IMG/VR virus record: IMGVR_UViG_3300037458_001531
Span: 1 to 36,389 of that record
Strand: one strand, 5' to 3'
Length of the DNA stretch: 36,389 nucleotides
Source: a virus
Taxonomy: Duplodnaviria; Caudoviricetes
Below the pieces are notes generated by a model that saw only the letters and a list, made by a program, of their open reading frames with translations, was not told the DNA's origin and made no database searches. Positions within the stretch are counted from its first letter, which is position 1. Each line of letters begins with the position of its first letter. This document shows positions 10,081 to 18,870 of the stretch, one piece after another. The translations under genes and the position numbers were made by a program.

Positions 10081-10315
10081 ATCTGTATTCCTTTCCGCTC
10101 TGATTTTGGGAACCATTTGATAAGCTCTTCCTCAATCCGTGCAACAGGGCCAGAGTCTCGAAGACCTCCCGGGACTTGTCCCTGTCATCGACGAATTCCG
10201 GCAGCCTCTCCATCGTCTTCTCGATGCTGAAATCCACACTACGTCTCATGTGATGCAAGGTGACACGCATCACGAAGTCGAGAGTGAAAGGCCTCTTGTA
10301 CTGGAATTCGCCCAT
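9887..10315 (-). CDS. Hypothetical protein; N-terminal ~70 aa look protein-like, C-terminal half overlaps the chaperone gene in another frame
   Basis: Fills the gap between major tail gene and chaperone; amphipathic helical N-terminus (RPFTLDFVMRVTLHHMRRSVDFSIEKTMERL); no stop until 9887. Confidence 0.6.
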   Translation of the reverse strand: MGEFQYKRPFTLDFVMRVTLHHMRRSVDFSIEKTMERLPEFVDDRDKSREVFETLALLHGLRKSLSNGSQNQSGKEYRYGRRSKASRGAQDVQAGEVHGRGREDTQDERGGGDGCAGQGQGDGERRGGQGPGGAADGDPGQR

Positions 10316-10324
10316 GGCATCTAT

Positions 10325-10353
10325 CGGGCGGGGGGAACGATGTCCCCCGCCCG
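10325..10353 (-). terminator. GC-rich hairpin downstream of the major tail gene (terminator or mRNA stabiliser)
   Basis: CGGGCGGGGG / CCCCCGCCCG 10-bp inverted repeat 7 nt after the stop; no U-tract. Confidence 0.5.
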
Positions 10354-10360
10354 CCCGGCA

Positions 10361-10945
10361 TTACGCCGCCGTGTACGCGCCGAAGAACGACGACTGCAGC
10401 GAGATCGTCAAAGTCGCCGTGTTGGCGTCAGTGAGCTGCGGGTTGACCAGCAGCGCCTCGATCTTGCCGACCCAGTAGTAGTACGTGTTCTCGTTCGCGG
10501 GGGTGCCGGCGGTGCCGCCCTTAGCCGTGCCGAGCCCCGCTACGGCCGATCCGTACGCCGCCGGCTCCGAGTTCAGCAGCGCGAAGCGGAACGCCTTCTG
10601 CTTGCCGTCGCCGACCATCGAGCCCAGCACGGTACCACTGGCCCATGCGGACGGGATGTAGTTGATGGTGATTTCCATCGTGGGCGCGTCCGCCTGTCCC
10701 TGAATCTGCTGCGAGGTCTTCTGGCCGTACGTCGGGACGTTCACGATGTTCGGCGGGGTGCCCATCGCCGGGAACTCGCGGACGTTCTTGATGCGGCTGA
10801 ACGTTCCCACGGCCGGCGTGTCCGTCTCCGTGACGAACAGCGCATCGAACTCGGCCTGAGTGTCGAGCCCCGTGAGCGACGTGGTGTGGTTGTGAACGGC
10901 GAGGTCCGAGAACATGCCCGCGCCGATCGAGGTGATGTGTGCCAT
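10361..10945 (-). CDS. Major tail (tube) protein, 194 aa
   Basis: Thr/Ala/Gly-rich beta-type sequence, IKNVREFPAMGTPPNIVNVPTYGQKTSQQIQGQADAPTMEITINY typical of siphoviral tube proteins; synteny. Confidence 0.88.
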   Translation of the reverse strand: MAHITSIGAGMFSDLAVHNHTTSLTGLDTQAEFDALFVTETDTPAVGTFSRIKNVREFPAMGTPPNIVNVPTYGQKTSQQIQGQADAPTMEITINYIPSAWASGTVLGSMVGDGKQKAFRFALLNSEPAAYGSAVAGLGTAKGGTAGTPANENTYYYWVGKIEALLVNPQLTDANTATLTISLQSSFFGAYTAA

Positions 10946-11353
10946 CTAACTTGCTCCGTAGTGGTTGAATTGGACTGAGTACCGCGACCGGTGCAGCGCG
11001 GGGTTGTCCCTGTCCGCCCCCGAGTGGCCCAGCGCGCTATTTCCGAACTGGGTCACCCTCCCGGGCTGCGTGGACAGGCTCTTCCCCACGAGGAACTGGT
11101 CTAGCTTGTCGGCGATTAGGCTGGCCCTGGACGGGCCCATGCCTGCCTCCGTGAATATGTCGACTATCATCAGGCCTGACGCGGACCGGAGATTTAGACC
11201 GGCGCCGGACGGCACGATGGACACGCGGATGAACTCCGCCCCGGCATCGTCGGGGACAAAGTTGGACGGGTAGGTGTTTATCTTCTCGGCCTTCCAGGGC
11301 GCTCCGCCGAATACCGAGAACACATCGGACTCCAGCGTGGCGTACTTGGACAC
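10946..11353 (-). CDS. Tail terminator/completion protein, 135 aa
   Basis: Size, G.MIVDIFT..G.G....IADKL pattern and position just upstream of the tube gene. Confidence 0.7.
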   Translation of the reverse strand: MSKYATLESDVFSVFGGAPWKAEKINTYPSNFVPDDAGAEFIRVSIVPSGAGLNLRSASGLMIVDIFTEAGMGPSRASLIADKLDQFLVGKSLSTQPGRVTQFGNSALGHSGADRDNPALHRSRYSVQFNHYGAS

Positions 11354-11354
11354 C

Positions 11355-11708
11355 TCAGATCTCCCGGGTGACGTACGCCAGGGTGACGTAGCCGTCCGAC
11401 TGAAGGACCGGGCCGAACTTCCACGGGTTCCCGTCCAGGATCACCGTGTCGTACACGCCCAGATCGGCGTGGTCTTTTGTCTTCATGAGGATCTGTCGGC
11501 GGGCGGAATTGTGCTCCCGGGCCAGCTTTTCGTGCTCCGTGACGACCACCCGCGCCGGGACGGACGTGCTCCCGGACTTGCGCAGGGCCCCCTTGGAGAA
11601 GTCGAAGGACACCGTGTCCCTGGACACCAGCTCCGTGTCCACGGCCAGGTCCCCGAGCAGCCTGAAGGCCAGATCCAGGTTGCTGTTGATCAGCTGCCTG
11701 TAGCCCAT
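11355..11708 (-). CDS. Head closure/head-tail joining protein, 117 aa
   Basis: Start MGYRQLI overlaps the upstream stop (TGATG); beta-rich; synteny between adaptor and tail terminator. Confidence 0.65.
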   Translation of the reverse strand: MGYRQLINSNLDLAFRLLGDLAVDTELVSRDTVSFDFSKGALRKSGSTSVPARVVVTEHEKLAREHNSARRQILMKTKDHADLGVYDTVILDGNPWKFGPVLQSDGYVTLAYVTREI

Positions 11709-12184
11709 CAGTTCGCCCTCCACCAGACGCGGGCGCCCGAGTTGACCAGAAGAGGCCTTATCAGGTTCTTCACGTCCGACGGGATGCGGCTGGCCTTCTG
11801 GATGAATTCCAGACGTATCGAGCCCACCGACAAATTGCGGACCTCGCCGGACGACTCCAGGGCGGAGTCCTCGGACAGGTAGTGGCTGGCCAGCTCGAAC
11901 GCGGCCTTGACCACCCTTCCGGGCACGCCGGCACCCATCTCCACCTCGGCCCCGACGAACGGGTCGAAGAACCACCCGTTCCTAGGGAACGCCATCTTCT
12001 GGTCCTGAGACACAGCCTCACCGGACCAGGACATGCCGTCGAGAATGGACGAGGCCGTCACGAGCGCCTGGGCCTTCTGCTCATCCGACGCCTCTCCCCA
12101 GGCGGCGGCGCCGAGTCGGTCCGCGAAGTACGCGTCGGCCTCGCGGACCGTGGCGTACGAGTTGGTTCCCTTCGACAGCGCCAC
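11708..12184 (-). CDS. Head-tail adaptor (DnaT-like phage family), 158 aa
   Basis: NSYATVREADAYFADR ... AL..AS..LD ... Q.MAFPR ... VP..V..A..ELA motifs; directly after the major capsid gene. Confidence 0.8.
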   Translation of the reverse strand: MALSKGTNSYATVREADAYFADRLGAAAWGEASDEQKAQALVTASSILDGMSWSGEAVSQDQKMAFPRNGWFFDPFVGAEVEMGAGVPGRVVKAAFELASHYLSEDSALESSGEVRNLSVGSIRLEFIQKASRIPSDVKNLIRPLLVNSGARVWWRAN

Positions 12185-12193
12185 CGCCTTTCC

Positions 12194-13402
12194 TCAGCCG
12201 TGGAAGACCGGGAGGATTCCCAGAGACAGCGCCGAGTTGGACTTGCGCACCCAGGTGCCGGTCGCGTTCGCGATCGTGGTGACGTCCGTGATGGCCTTGG
12301 CCGTGCCGCTCTCCACCGCGTAGCCGTACTCGGCGTCCGAGGGGAACTTGTCGGCGCTGCCCGCCCAGTTGTACCCGGCCGGCGCGAGGATGTAGCCCCA
12401 GCGGTACCAGACCGTGGTCGTGCCGCCGCCCCTGTAGGCCCCGGCGTTGCGGTCGATCTCGACGGGCTCGGGCATCACCAGAGGCACCATCGCCAGCGCG
12501 CCGGGCAGCACGATGAACGAGGTCTTCGTGCCGACGATGTCCACGCCCGCCCCGGTGTTCACCTTGGTCAGGTCGGCCGTGGCCATGCCCTGCGCGGCGC
12601 GGGTCTGCAGCAACCGGAACTTGCCCTGGAAGATCGTCGGGAAGTCGAGGTTGCCGTCGCGGACGCGGTCGCTGTCGACCAGGTTGGCCGAGCGCAGCGA
12701 CGCGAGGACCTCGGGACTAGTGACCAGATACGCCCACTCGGGCTCGTGGTCCTTGTACGCCTTCCCGAAGGCCTCCAGGAATCCCTCGGCGCGCTGGGCT
12801 CCGACGTAGGCCGCGTTGGCCGTGGTGCCGTCCGCCTGGTACCCCACCTTGTTGATGAGGCGGGACGCGCCCATGTCCACGTAGAAGCCGTACTTCTTGT
12901 CCGTGGGATCGTTGGTGAAGGTCTGACCGCCCAGACCGGTTCCGCCGCCGGCCGACGCTGCGCCGTTCAGCGCCTCCGCCAGCGCGACACCCTTCAGCAC
13001 CGCCAGGATCGCGTTGTGCTCGTCCTGGGTGCGGTGCTCCACGAAGTCCCGGGAGATCTTCGCCAGCCCGTCCTTCTGCGTCACCAGCTGCTGCAGATTG
13101 ACCTTCGTGCCGCCATAGGTGCGGGCGGTCTTGACGTACGTCAGGTAGTCCGAGGCGTACGTTGAGGTCGTTCCCGCGGTGCTGTCCGTCAAGGACGCGA
13201 CGTTGATCGTCGGGTTCATCGGCTTGAACCAGCGGAGCTGACCGACGTAGGTCTCGGTGTCGCGGTTCACGTTCGGGTTGTCGCTGACGATGCCTGTGCC
13301 CGAGAGCTTCTTGGCATTCGTGTATGCTTCATCGGTGTAAGCGCCGATCGCCTCCTGGAGGACGAAATTCGTGGCGCCGCCGACGTCGGTGCGAGCGGTC
13401 AT
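12194..13402 (-). CDS. Major capsid protein, 402 aa
   Basis: Size, strongly biased codon usage, AAAGGAAA SD, position after scaffold; C-terminal VEIDRNA...GGG.TTVWYRWGYILAPAGYNW pattern. Confidence 0.88.
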   Translation of the reverse strand: MTARTDVGGATNFVLQEAIGAYTDEAYTNAKKLSGTGIVSDNPNVNRDTETYVGQLRWFKPMNPTINVASLTDSTAGTTSTYASDYLTYVKTARTYGGTKVNLQQLVTQKDGLAKISRDFVEHRTQDEHNAILAVLKGVALAEALNGAASAGGGTGLGGQTFTNDPTDKKYGFYVDMGASRLINKVGYQADGTTANAAYVGAQRAEGFLEAFGKAYKDHEPEWAYLVTSPEVLASLRSANLVDSDRVRDGNLDFPTIFQGKFRLLQTRAAQGMATADLTKVNTGAGVDIVGTKTSFIVLPGALAMVPLVMPEPVEIDRNAGAYRGGGTTTVWYRWGYILAPAGYNWAGSADKFPSDAEYGYAVESGTAKAITDVTTIANATGTWVRKSNSALSLGILPVFHG

Positions 13403-13425
13403 TCTGGTGTTTCCTTTAGGTTAGG

Positions 13426-14091
13426 TCATGTGGGCGCACGCCTTAGCTGCCCGGCGGCGGCGCGTCGTAGTACTTCGTCCTGCGGTAGAGCGAATAGCGA
13501 AGAGCTGGATCCGGACGTATCGGGCGGCAAAGAGTCCCCGGCCGAGCCCGTTCCGGTAGATGTTTTGGATTTGAACAGAAAGGAGTTGTTCTCGTCCTCG
13601 GCGAAAGTCTTGATGAAGTCAGGCACGCTGACGCCGGATTTGTGCACCCACTCGCCCTGCTCGTTCTTGACGAGTAATGCCGTTATCTCCTTGAAGGCCA
13701 TGTCGAACGACCTCGCGTTTCTGAAGGGCAGAGCCTGCATCGCGCCCTTCACGGTGATGTCCCGCGTAAGCTCGATGTTCCTCTGCTCCAGCTCCTGCCT
13801 TGCCGCGCGCTCGGCCGCCAGCTCCTGCTCGAAGGCCTCGCGATGCTTCCCCTCATCTTTCAGCCGCTGGACCTCGGCCGCGCGCAGATCCGCCTCGTAC
13901 TTGGCCAGCTTCTTGATGGCCTCGTCCCGGGCTGCGTACGCCTTGTCCAGATTCGCCTTTATCGGCGCCAGCTGCGCTTCCACGAGTTTCTGGAGGCGAT
14001 CCTGCGAAGGGTCGCCTCCGGTATTCTCGCTCGAGCTCTCAGCGGACGATTCCGCCGCCGATTCTTCCGGTTTGCTCTCTGTATCGCTCAT
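13426..14091 (-). CDS. Capsid scaffolding protein, 221 aa
   Basis: Start MSDTES at 14091 with AGAGGA SD; acidic disordered N-terminus, coiled coil, SFLFK.K...G.G C-terminal motif; directly before MCP. Confidence 0.85.
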   Translation of the reverse strand: MSDTESKPEESAAESSAESSSENTGGDPSQDRLQKLVEAQLAPIKANLDKAYAARDEAIKKLAKYEADLRAAEVQRLKDEGKHREAFEQELAAERAARQELEQRNIELTRDITVKGAMQALPFRNARSFDMAFKEITALLVKNEQGEWVHKSGVSVPDFIKTFAEDENNSFLFKSKTSTGTGSAGDSLPPDTSGSSSSLFALPQDEVLRRAAAGQLRRAPT

Positions 14092-14103
14092 CTGTATTCC
14101 TCT

Positions 14104-14179
14104 GAGTACAACTCGATGTGACCGACGGCACAGCCGCGGCCGGCTTGTTTCCAAGGCACAGTCTGTTTTTGTGCAGACT
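14104..14179. promoter_or_regulatory. Cluster of short hairpins in the RNAP-scaffold intergenic region
   Basis: GAGT-ACA-ACTC (14104-14114), CGGC-ACA-GCCG (14126-14136), AGGC-ACA-GTCT (14154-14164, G-T wobble), plus AGTCTG...CAGACT (14160-14179). Confidence 0.45.
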
Positions 14180-14208
14180 CTCGCCTGGGTTAATTCAACG
14201 GGGTGCGA

Positions 14209-17200
14209 TCAGTTGACTCCATACCACCCGAAATTCTCGAAGAAGTCGTCGGGAATTTCCCTGAGCACATCTTCCCTCGTCAAAATGTCCGAATCTTTCA
14301 TCAGTTTCCCCCCGATTCTGGACTTGCCGGGGACCGGTATCAGGCCCAGTTCTATGGCCTCTTCCAGATACGCGTCGTATTTGGCCTTCGGCAGCCCCCT
14401 CGCCCTCATCTCGTCCAGAGTCAGCCTTATGACGTTTCTATCCATAGCCCTGGCATATATTTCCCGCAGGGCCGCCCGGGCCTTGATCATGTCGGCCGCG
14501 TTGGTGAAGAAAGCGTCGTGCACCGTGGACGTCTGCACGCCGCTGCCCCGGCCCCACAGATGGAACCGTTTGACCAGCACCGCGTCGTTGGAGTGATTGC
14601 CGTTCACCGCGAACGCCGTGCGGGCCTTGGTTGTGTCGGCGATGTCGTTGATCTTGCCCGACTTGTTGATGGCCTGCTCCCACCAAGTGGCCTCCGTCTT
14701 CTGCGGCACCTGTAGGATGTTCTTTATCCAGTTGCCGGCCTCGTCGCGGTAATTCAGCCGCTCCTCGAAGGACTGCGTGAAATGCTGCTCCAGCACTTTC
14801 CCGTCGAAATTGACCCAGGGCACGTTAGTCCAGCTCTTCGGGAGCTTGTTGGCATACAGGACCGGCACGCCGTCGAATCCGACCTCGCGGCCCAGCGCCC
14901 TCTTCTCGAAGTCGGGTATCGGTACGGGAAAGTCGAATTTGAGATAGGTGGCCCCGGTGCGCCTGGTCTCCGGAAGCTCCACGCCGTAAACTATGTCCCT
15001 CAGAGTGCCCTGCGGGTTCCAGAAGGCGAGCCGCTTGAGCAGCTTCTCGCTTACCGGCTCACCCGCCTTCAGGCCCAGCATCTCGCTGAGCCTGTCGGGC
15101 AGAACGTACCCCTTCTTCCTGGTGCCGAGCACGGCTATCTTTCCGATGGACTCCCAGTCGAATGCGGCCTGCGACGGCTTGGCCTCGTTCAGGAACTCCT
15201 CGGCCAGTCTTCCAAGGAACCGCGTGAAATTCTTCAGCACAGGGACCTGCTCCTGCAGGTGCTCGCTCATTATGGCCGCTATCTGCTTGAAGTCGTCCGG
15301 CGTCACGACGCGATCGTACGCGGAGGACATTTTGTCGACCAGGTCGCGCGTCTTGGAGTCCAGAAACCAGAGCTCCTCCATGATGTCCTCGCCGGGGCTC
15401 ACGCCCCTGTCGAAGATGTCCTTGACATTCTTACGCAGCTGGGAGAGCTCCTCGTACAGCTCTGGGTCCAGCTTCTCGTACCTGGCCATCCTGGCCGATA
15501 TCTCCGCCAGCACCGTGTCCCTGTCCGACGTCTTCACGACGAGAGTTCCCGTGTCCTTCTCCAGGACCTTCGACAGCTTCCCCTCGACGTTCAGGGTGCC
15601 GGTGCGCTCCCCTGCGCCGTACAGAGTGACCATGTTCTGCGCCTTGGCGGCCTTCCGCAGGTCTTTCTCCGTCAGGCCCAGCCGCTCGTTCATGCGTCTG
15701 AACCTCGGATCGTTGTACGTGGCCGCCGCGATCTCGTCGTACAGGCGCTTCTTATAGGACGTGGGCACCACGTTGCTCAGCTCCGCCAGCTGCTTGTTCC
15801 GCGTGGTGAGGGCTATTATCTGCGCGCCGGAGGACGAGGCATCCTGCTCCAGGGCCAGCGCGGTCCTATAGCCGGACAGCGTCTCAAGGGCGCCCTTGGT
15901 GTAGTCCCCCCTGAGAAAGTTGTCCAGTTTGGCCGTCTCCATGGCCAGACGGAAGAACTTACCCAGCTCCTCCCCATCCACTCGGGCCACCAGATCGGAG
16001 TCCAGCACGGCGCGTATGTCGTTGGGCTTTCCCCTGAGCATGTGATTTCCCAGGCGGACCAGCTCCGGCCTCCATCTCTCGGCGATCTTCTGCCTCCCCG
16101 TGAAGGTCAGCGAGTCGTGCCTCCCCTCGAAGTAATCGCTCAGCCCGCCGAGAAAAGAGCCCACCTGGTCCTGGAAGTTTCGGAAGTCCCTCGGGCTGAA
16201 CGCCTTCGCCTCCGCCGTGTTCAGGAACGGTCTGAACGTCTCGCCCGCCTGCGGGCCGACCAGCCCGCGCTCGTAGATGCGCGCCCTGTGGTCCAGGAAC
16301 GGCATGCTGGAGAACTTCTTGTCGCCGTCCACGAGCCATTCCATCGCCTTGAAGCGCTCGTAAGAGTCCCCGCGGGAGGCGATGTACTTCCGGTACGTGT
16401 TCAGGTCCTCGTACCTCTGCGCCGCGCCCCTGTCGTCCCGGAAGTATAGGAGCTTTCTCACGAAATCGTAGTAATCGCGGTCCACGCGGAACTCCGCCCT
16501 CGCGGCCCAGTTCAGGGCGTCCGCCATCTCCCGGTCGACGGCGGACTCGGGAAACTCCGAGAAGCTGGAGGAGGACACGATCGGGATACGGGTGTCCTCC
16601 AGGCCCAGAACACCTCTGTCCATGAAGTATGTCTTGTATCCGGGGCGCACTATGAGCCTGTTCTTCGGGTCCACGATGTTCACGCGCAGGCCCAGCTCCA
16701 CCCGCCTGGACAGCGCCGCGTATTCCAGCAGCCGCTTGTCCCTGAGCTCCACGTAGTACGACAGCGTGTCGTAGTACGGACCGAAGTACTTGCCGCTCAT
16801 TCTGCTCTTCATCCTGCGCTTCTGCACGCCGAAGGTCCCGAGCGAGAACAGCTTGTCCATCTTCTTGGCCTCCATCAGACGGAGACCCAGATTGAACCAC
16901 TGATTCCTTGACCCGTTCAGATTGGCCATGTTGTACAGGTCCCGGCCCAGTGAGACGGCCAGCGAGTCCCTGTCGGGCGAATCCGCCAGGCTGAGACGAT
17001 GGGCGAACCGCAGGTAGAACTGCTGCAGGTCCCTCTCGGACAGTCTCGCCCTTATCTTCAGGGGAATCTTGTAGTCGAAGATGTCGCGCATCTCGCGGGC
17101 GATCTTCGGGGCCGTGCTGTCCTCCCAGAGATTCTTCGCCAGGATATTCCCGAGAAATCCGTCGTGCAGCTCCTGCAGGGAGGTCGCGCCGAGCACCGGA

Positions 17201-18870
17201 TCTACGTACGCGTCCAGCTGCAGCTTGCGCAGCACGTCCGAGTCCTTGCGTATCTGCGTCTCGATATAGTCCGACACGTTGGTCACGTCGAACTTCATCT
17301 GCGCGTTGGAGGCGGCCTTGAAGCTGACCCAGGGCTCCGGGTTCCGCCGGTACCTGGAGAACAGTATGCGCAGATTCTCCGCCACCACCGCTCTCTCGTT
17401 GACGCCCATGCGGTCCTCCAGGGCGGCCACGGTCTTCCCGATGAACTCCGCGTCCCGCGGGAGCAGGTCGGCGCTGTCCCCGACGCGCCTCATGGCGGAC
17501 TCCAGAACCTCCGGTTTCGGCTGGTACACCCGCACGTCGTCGTACCTGCGCGTGAACGGGTTGAACACCGTCTGATCCTCTCGCGGAGGCGACGCCAGCA
17601 CCCGGTTCTTGGTGGCCCTCTTTACGTTGAGCAGCAGTCCCCTGTAGTTGGTCAGGGACAGATTACCGTCCAGGTCGCCTGACTGCAGCAGGTAGTAGTC
17701 CACGAGGGTGCGGGCCAGCCTGTCGTCCGAGATGAAGTCGTCCGGGGAGGAGGCGCCCAGCTGCATCGCGTCTAGACGCGCCTTGGCGGCGGCGAATCTG
17801 CGCGTGTCTCCGGGCACCAGGTATCCGGAGTCGGTCAACGCCCTGAGCTCCTTTATGCCCAGAGAGTTGCCCTCGTCATTGGTGAATTTGGACAGGTGCA
17901 GCTGCCCGCTCCTGAACAGGGATACCTTCTCGTACTCCCCGAGGTGCCTCAGCTGAACCTCGCGCGTCTGTCTGGATAGCCAGTCGTGGTAGCTTTCCCG
18001 CATCGGTGTCTGGCCGTCGTAGTAGGCCATCTGCTGCCGCGTCAGGCCCCTAACGTTGTTCCGGCGCACCTGCGCCACGCCCTCCAGAGACGCTATGTCC
18101 GCCCAAGACTTGAACACCGGGACGGTGGTGGACCGGCAGTTGTAGTGAGCCGGCGGCAGGTGCTCCGTGTCCTCCGGGGGATACACGGTGCCGTCCCTGT
18201 GAGCGCACAGCGGGGTGGTCCTGGAGTCCAGTATGGCCACGTATTGCCACCCCCGTATGGCCCTGGCGTTGGCGGCGTACACGGCGTGATCCGCCTGGGC
18301 CCTGACGCTCGTGACGGCCGTGACCACCAGGGCCCTGGAATGCATGCGTGTTATCTTGTGCACGTTGCCGCGCCTGACCTCTCTGGCCATCTCCTCCATG
18401 CTCAGGCCCTCGGCCATCCCGCGGCGTATCAGCGCCTCTATCCTCTGACGCTCCGAGATGCTGACGCCCGCCCACCCGGCGGCCAGCGTCCTGTCCGAGT
18501 ACAGCGGCCTCTGCAGGACTATCTCCTCGGACACGCGGCGCTCCGGGCGAGCCGTCCGCCAGATGCGGCCGACCGCGGCCTCCACGGTCTGGTACGCGTA
18601 GGAAAGCTGGTCGGAGGCCAGGTCCAGCAACGAGCGCCTGGTGACCGAGTACACCTCTCGGTACGTGCCCCTCAGCTCCCGGTCCACGGCCTCTCTGAGC
18701 CGCTCCAGCCCGCGCTGGGAGCGTTCCGCCTCCCGCACGAGGCGCTCCAGGCGCACAGCGTGGCCGTCCACAAGCAATTCCACCTTCCCGGCGACCCGCC
18801 TCTCGTACAGGCGGACCATCGCCGCGCGGTCCACGGCTCTGTCGAACACCGCCGTGTTGGCGTTGGTCAT
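14209..18870 (-). CDS. MuF/SPP1-gp7 minor head protein fused to a T7-like single-subunit DNA-directed RNA polymerase (1553 aa)
   Basis: N-terminal MuF motifs WQYVAILDSRTTPLC..RDG and PPAHYNCRS; C-terminal RNAP motifs DHRARIY (T7 DWRGRVY), EQDASSSGAQ (motif A), RKAAKAQNMVTLYG (motif B), AFAVNGNHSNDA (T7 IAPNFVHSQDG), TVHDAF (motif C), in the T7 order. Confidence 0.92.
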   Translation of the reverse strand: MTNANTAVFDRAVDRAAMVRLYERRVAGKVELLVDGHAVRLERLVREAERSQRGLERLREAVDRELRGTYREVYSVTRRSLLDLASDQLSYAYQTVEAAVGRIWRTARPERRVSEEIVLQRPLYSDRTLAAGWAGVSISERQRIEALIRRGMAEGLSMEEMAREVRRGNVHKITRMHSRALVVTAVTSVRAQADHAVYAANARAIRGWQYVAILDSRTTPLCAHRDGTVYPPEDTEHLPPAHYNCRSTTVPVFKSWADIASLEGVAQVRRNNVRGLTRQQMAYYDGQTPMRESYHDWLSRQTREVQLRHLGEYEKVSLFRSGQLHLSKFTNDEGNSLGIKELRALTDSGYLVPGDTRRFAAAKARLDAMQLGASSPDDFISDDRLARTLVDYYLLQSGDLDGNLSLTNYRGLLLNVKRATKNRVLASPPREDQTVFNPFTRRYDDVRVYQPKPEVLESAMRRVGDSADLLPRDAEFIGKTVAALEDRMGVNERAVVAENLRILFSRYRRNPEPWVSFKAASNAQMKFDVTNVSDYIETQIRKDSDVLRKLQLDAYVDPVLGATSLQELHDGFLGNILAKNLWEDSTAPKIAREMRDIFDYKIPLKIRARLSERDLQQFYLRFAHRLSLADSPDRDSLAVSLGRDLYNMANLNGSRNQWFNLGLRLMEAKKMDKLFSLGTFGVQKRRMKSRMSGKYFGPYYDTLSYYVELRDKRLLEYAALSRRVELGLRVNIVDPKNRLIVRPGYKTYFMDRGVLGLEDTRIPIVSSSSFSEFPESAVDREMADALNWAARAEFRVDRDYYDFVRKLLYFRDDRGAAQRYEDLNTYRKYIASRGDSYERFKAMEWLVDGDKKFSSMPFLDHRARIYERGLVGPQAGETFRPFLNTAEAKAFSPRDFRNFQDQVGSFLGGLSDYFEGRHDSLTFTGRQKIAERWRPELVRLGNHMLRGKPNDIRAVLDSDLVARVDGEELGKFFRLAMETAKLDNFLRGDYTKGALETLSGYRTALALEQDASSSGAQIIALTTRNKQLAELSNVVPTSYKKRLYDEIAAATYNDPRFRRMNERLGLTEKDLRKAAKAQNMVTLYGAGERTGTLNVEGKLSKVLEKDTGTLVVKTSDRDTVLAEISARMARYEKLDPELYEELSQLRKNVKDIFDRGVSPGEDIMEELWFLDSKTRDLVDKMSSAYDRVVTPDDFKQIAAIMSEHLQEQVPVLKNFTRFLGRLAEEFLNEAKPSQAAFDWESIGKIAVLGTRKKGYVLPDRLSEMLGLKAGEPVSEKLLKRLAFWNPQGTLRDIVYGVELPETRRTGATYLKFDFPVPIPDFEKRALGREVGFDGVPVLYANKLPKSWTNVPWVNFDGKVLEQHFTQSFEERLNYRDEAGNWIKNILQVPQKTEATWWEQAINKSGKINDIADTTKARTAFAVNGNHSNDAVLVKRFHLWGRGSGVQTSTVHDAFFTNAADMIKARAALREIYARAMDRNVIRLTLDEMRARGLPKAKYDAYLEEAIELGLIPVPGKSRIGGKLMKDSDILTREDVLREIPDDFFENFGWYGVN

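Noticed and set aside
14782-16449. 555-aa plus-strand ORF opposite the RNAP domain
   Set aside because: Antisense to a motif-rich coding region; His/Val/Leu pattern typical of a reverse-frame artefact
14209-17850. Reading the MuF C-terminal extension as a polymorphic toxin or a family A DNA polymerase
   Set aside because: The motif set (DxRxRxY, DASSSGxQ, HSNDA, VHDAF) matches T7-type RNAP specifically; no exonuclease motifs and no adjacent immunity-like gene
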